NCBI GenBank assembly: GCA_027053075.1
Contig: JALUEE010000077.1
Coordinates: 1-10,501, forward strand
Length of the DNA stretch: 10,501 nucleotides
Source of the DNA: a candidate division WOR-3 bacterium
GTDB lineage: Bacteria > Hydrothermota > Hydrothermia > B15-G9 > WFZT01
Reading direction: 5' to 3'
In this document: in pieces, positions 8,027-10,501 of the stretch
How positions within the stretch are numbered: position 1 is the stretch's first letter
How the letters are laid out: each line of letters opens with the position of its first letter
Program-made: the position numbers and the translations under genes
Notes under the pieces: generated by a model
Told to the model about the DNA's origin: nothing
The model's database searches: none
What the model saw: the letters and a program-made list of their open reading frames with translations, nothing else

Positions 8027-9319
8027 ATGAGTGAAAAAGCTGTTTCAGAAGTTTTAAACGTTGTAAATGACCTTTTTAAAGGGGTGAAGAAAAACTTTAA
8101 AGTGGTTCTATGGGATGGCACAGAGGTGCCGGCAGACACGGAGCCGGCATTTACCCTGAAAATTAACTATCCGTGCGCCCTGTGGCATGCACTCGTCCCA
8201 CCTACTGACCTGTCAATGGGTGAAGCATATCTTTACAACTTGATTGATATTGAAGGAGATATTTATCAGATCTTTCCACTGGCCGAAAAAATCAAGGAAA
8301 ACTTTAAAAATCCTGTTGTTGCGGCAAAGCTGGGGGTTCATCTTTTAAAGCTTAAGAAGTACAACGACGAGTGTAAAAAGGCTATCAAAGAAAAGAGGGA
8401 GGCAAGGTTAAAGGGGAAGAAACATTCAATAGAAAGGGATCGAGAGGCAATTTCCTACCATTATGATGTTTCAAACGAATTTTACAAACTTTTTCTGGAT
8501 AAAAACCTCGTCTATTCCTGTGCCTATTTTCCCACAGGCACTGAGGACCTGGATACGGCACAGGAGCTCAAGCTTGATTACATCTGCCGCAAACTTCAGC
8601 TAAAACCCGGAGAAAAACTCCTGGACATCGGCTGTGGATGGGGAGCCCTTGTCATCCACGCAGCGAAACACTATGGAGTTGAAGCACTGGGTATAACCCT
8701 GAGTAAGAACCAGTACGAATACGCCAACGAATGGATCAAGAGGGAGGGGCTCGAGGGCAGGGTAAGAGTTGAGTACCTTGATTACCGTGAGGTCAAGCCT
8801 CCTGAGGGTGGGTTTGATAAGCTTGTGAGCGTTGGGATGTTTGAGCATGTAGGCGAGGAAATGCTTGAGAAATACTTTAAAAAGGCGTGGGAGATACTTA
8901 AGCCAGGCGGGATTTTCCTGAACCATGGCATTGCGTGCAGATGGAAAGACTGCGGATTTCATGAAAACTCATTCACAAACAAATATGTCTTCCCAGATGG
9001 TGAGTTGCTTGCCATAAGCACCACTCTCCATTATGCGGAGAAAACTGGATTCGAAGTGAGAGATGTGGAGTCTCTGAGAGAGCATTACGCGAGAACTCTG
9101 AAATTCTGGGTAGAAAGGCTTGAAAAGCATCACGATGAGGCGTTGAAATACGTGGACGAGGTAACCTACCGCATCTGGCGCCTTTTCATGTCCGGCTCTT
9201 CCTATGGATTTGATACAGGAAGACATAATCTGTATCAGACAATCCTTGTAAAGCCGGATAATGGAAAGAGTGGAATGCCCTGGAGCCGAAACTATCTCTA
9301 TAAGGATGGGAAATTTTAG
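8027..9319 (+). CDS. cfa: Cyclopropane-fatty-acyl-phospholipid synthase family SAM methyltransferase
   Basis: ISYHYDVSNEFY, YSCAYF, AQ..KLD.ICRKL.LKPGE.LLDIGCGWG, SVGMFEHVG, KYVFPDGEL and HYARTL..W. AAGGAGG RBS at 8014-8020 supports ATG 8027. Confidence 0.9.
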   Translation: MSEKAVSEVLNVVNDLFKGVKKNFKVVLWDGTEVPADTEPAFTLKINYPCALWHALVPPTDLSMGEAYLYNLIDIEGDIYQIFPLAEKIKENFKNPVVAAKLGVHLLKLKKYNDECKKAIKEKREARLKGKKHSIERDREAISYHYDVSNEFYKLFLDKNLVYSCAYFPTGTEDLDTAQELKLDYICRKLQLKPGEKLLDIGCGWGALVIHAAKHYGVEALGITLSKNQYEYANEWIKREGLEGRVRVEYLDYREVKPPEGGFDKLVSVGMFEHVGEEMLEKYFKKAWEILKPGGIFLNHGIACRWKDCGFHENSFTNKYVFPDGELLAISTTLHYAEKTGFEVRDVESLREHYARTLKFWVERLEKHHDEALKYVDEVTYRIWRLFMSGSSYGFDTGRHNLYQTILVKPDNGKSGMPWSRNYLYKDGKF

Positions 9320-9420
9320 ATTTTGCTGAGACTCTCTGGATGCTGGTCAATGTAACTAATCCCAAGTTGCAAAAGTGCATGTGTTTAGAGTCAAAATTCC
9401 TACATTTCGGACAGATACTC

Positions 9421-9548
9421 TGAGTTTAACTTGAATATTTCCAAACGCAAATGATTTCTCTCCCCCCGCATAAATTCCTTGCAGGGGAAAGGACATAAAT
9501 ACAGTTGTTCTGAAAATACAGATATGTAGACCGAATTTTCAAACACAT
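9421..9548 (+). repeat. Hairpin-bearing repeat element, subfamily A flanks with a D-type hairpin
   Basis: 9502-9548 (CAGTTGTTCTGAAAAT..GAATTTTCAAACA) matches the reverse complement of 4597-4644, and 9421-9453 matches the reverse complement of ~4705-4743. Central degenerate hairpin at 9458-9492. Confidence 0.65.
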
Positions 9549-9552
9549 TTAA

Positions 9553-9916
9553 GCTTGTTCGAAAAATCCTGAATTTTAGTTACCACTTTTACCAATGGAT
9601 CCCCGTAATCTCACTCACAATCGCAGACCAGTCTGTAAATGCCCCTACTTCCTTGCGGAAGGAGAGGCCAAGGGAGAATGGGGAAATATTGACACTCAGA
9701 ATGCCTGATGGGCCAATATTTATGACCATGTCCGGATAGTTTTTTAACTAAAAATTTTTTCATTTTACCACAGCCCTCCCTTCCTTAGTAAGGAAGGGAA
9801 ATCCCATGCCTGTTATGAGCTAATTGGAGAATCCCGAATCACTTAATTTTTACGAATCCATCACTTTTCTCCTAACTCTATTCACCTTGATGAGAGGATA
9901 ATGTTTCCGGACACTC
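9553..9916 (+). mobile_element. MITE-like element, subfamily B copy 2 (364 bp)
   Basis: Ends are GCTTGTTCGAAAA (9553-9565) and TTTCCGGACACTC (9904-9916). Colinear with the reverse complement of 4785-5128 (shared blocks GCAGACC, GGAAGGAG.GG.CA.GGGAGAATGGGG, GAATG.CT.ATGG, CCCTCCCTTCC, TCACTTTT, TCTATTCAC, AGAGGA). Confidence 0.8.
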
Positions 9917-9926
9917 TCGAAAGTTG

Positions 9927-9955
9927 TTGACATTGAGTGGGGGTGAGTGTATGCT
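9927..9955 (+). promoter_or_regulatory. Sigma70 promoter of csp
   Basis: TTGACA (9927-9932)-N17-TATGCT (9950-9955). Confidence 0.7.
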
Positions 9956-10032
9956 TGTCTTTCAACGAGGGAATTTAACCTACCTTGGTCAGGTTCCCCA
10001 AAAGTAAAAAGAAGTTAAGGAGGAAGTATAAA

Positions 10033-10248
10033 ATGGCAGAAGTAAAGTATGGTAGAGTCAAATGGTTTGACTCTCGTAAAGGATATGGATTCATAGAGCT
10101 GGAAGACGGCTCTGGAGACGTGTTTGTCCATTTCACTGACATTCAGGGAATGGGCTACAGGACGCTGGAAGAAGGTCAGAAGGTCAAATTTGAAATCATA
10201 CAGACAGACAAAGGACCAAAAGCAGCAAATGTAGAAGCAGTTGAATAA
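10033..10248 (+). CDS. csp: Cold-shock protein (CspA family), 71 aa
   Basis: [15 protein letters not shown] (RNP1), DVFVHF (RNP2), L.EGQKV.F and KGP.AANV. AAGGAGG RBS at 10017-10023. Confidence 0.96.
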   Translation: MAEVKYGRVKWFDSRKGYGFIELEDGSGDVFVHFTDIQGMGYRTLEEGQKVKFEIIQTDKGPKAANVEAVE

Positions 10249-10265
10249 GAGACTGTGAAAACGAT

Positions 10266-10310
10266 TTGAGGGGTGGCGCGCGCAAAGCGCGCGCCACCCC
10301 TCAATTTTTT
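10266..10310 (+). terminator. Intrinsic terminator of csp
   Basis: Perfect 18-bp stem (10266-10283/10287-10304) with loop AAA, followed by T6, 17 nt after the stop codon. Confidence 0.8.
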
Positions 10311-10324
10311 CTCCCCCCCACTGA

Positions 10325-10417
10325 TACTGTTAGAAAAAACTCAAATCCATTAATTTTTGTTGAAAAAAATTGCCCCCACCTATTTCCCTGACCTCACCCA
10401 CGAATTTTGAAAAAATT
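10325..10417 (+). repeat. Subfamily C degenerate copy lacking the central hairpin
   Basis: 10325-10367 matches the reverse complement of 5322-5364 at 32/43 ungapped positions, continues through TTGCCCCCACC.ATT.CC and ends in GAATTTTGAA. Confidence 0.6.
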
Positions 10418-10429
10418 ATGTATTACTAC

Positions 10430-10458
10430 TTGACAGTCCTCATAAAATGTGTAACAAT
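10430..10458 (+). promoter_or_regulatory. Putative promoter for a gene beyond the window
   Basis: TTGACA (10430-10435)-N17-AACAAT (10453-10458). Confidence 0.4.
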
Positions 10459-10501
10459 ATAGACATGCATGACTATTCATTCTTCTCAAAATATATTCAT
10501 A

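Noticed and set aside
1047..9380. Antisense or alternate-frame ORFs inside the major genes
   Set aside because: Shadow ORFs of well-supported CDSs.
9985..10032. N-terminal extension of Csp (similarly the longer starts of FDH at 4572 and Cfa at 7997)
   Set aside because: Downstream ATGs have strong RBSs and match family N-termini; the upstream TTG starts fall in leader or promoter DNA.

Overview
Bacterial chromosomal window; the Lys/Glu-rich proteins are suggestive of an anaerobic thermophile (inference only). It holds seven credible CDSs: a translationally coupled minus-strand operon (Cys-type Mo/W formate dehydrogenase alpha subunit, AsrA/HydB-like Fe-S protein, AsrB/HydG-like FAD/NAD(P) subunit); a coupled minus-strand pair (membrane-anchored family-3 solute-binding protein, membrane HD-GYP phosphodiesterase); a cyclopropane-fatty-acyl-phospholipid synthase; and a cold-shock protein. 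The most striking content is non-coding. Almost every long intergenic region is filled with small non-autonomous repeat elements of at least four subfamilies. They share an end motif of about 13 bp (consensus GCYTGTTCGAAAA, often flanked by TNA) and carry long GC-rich hairpins, frequently capped by RAA triloops. In three independent places the element end lies exactly 10 bp upstream of a perfect TTGACA -35 box, which suggests promoter-targeted insertion or co-option as a regulatory module. No transposase is present in the window.
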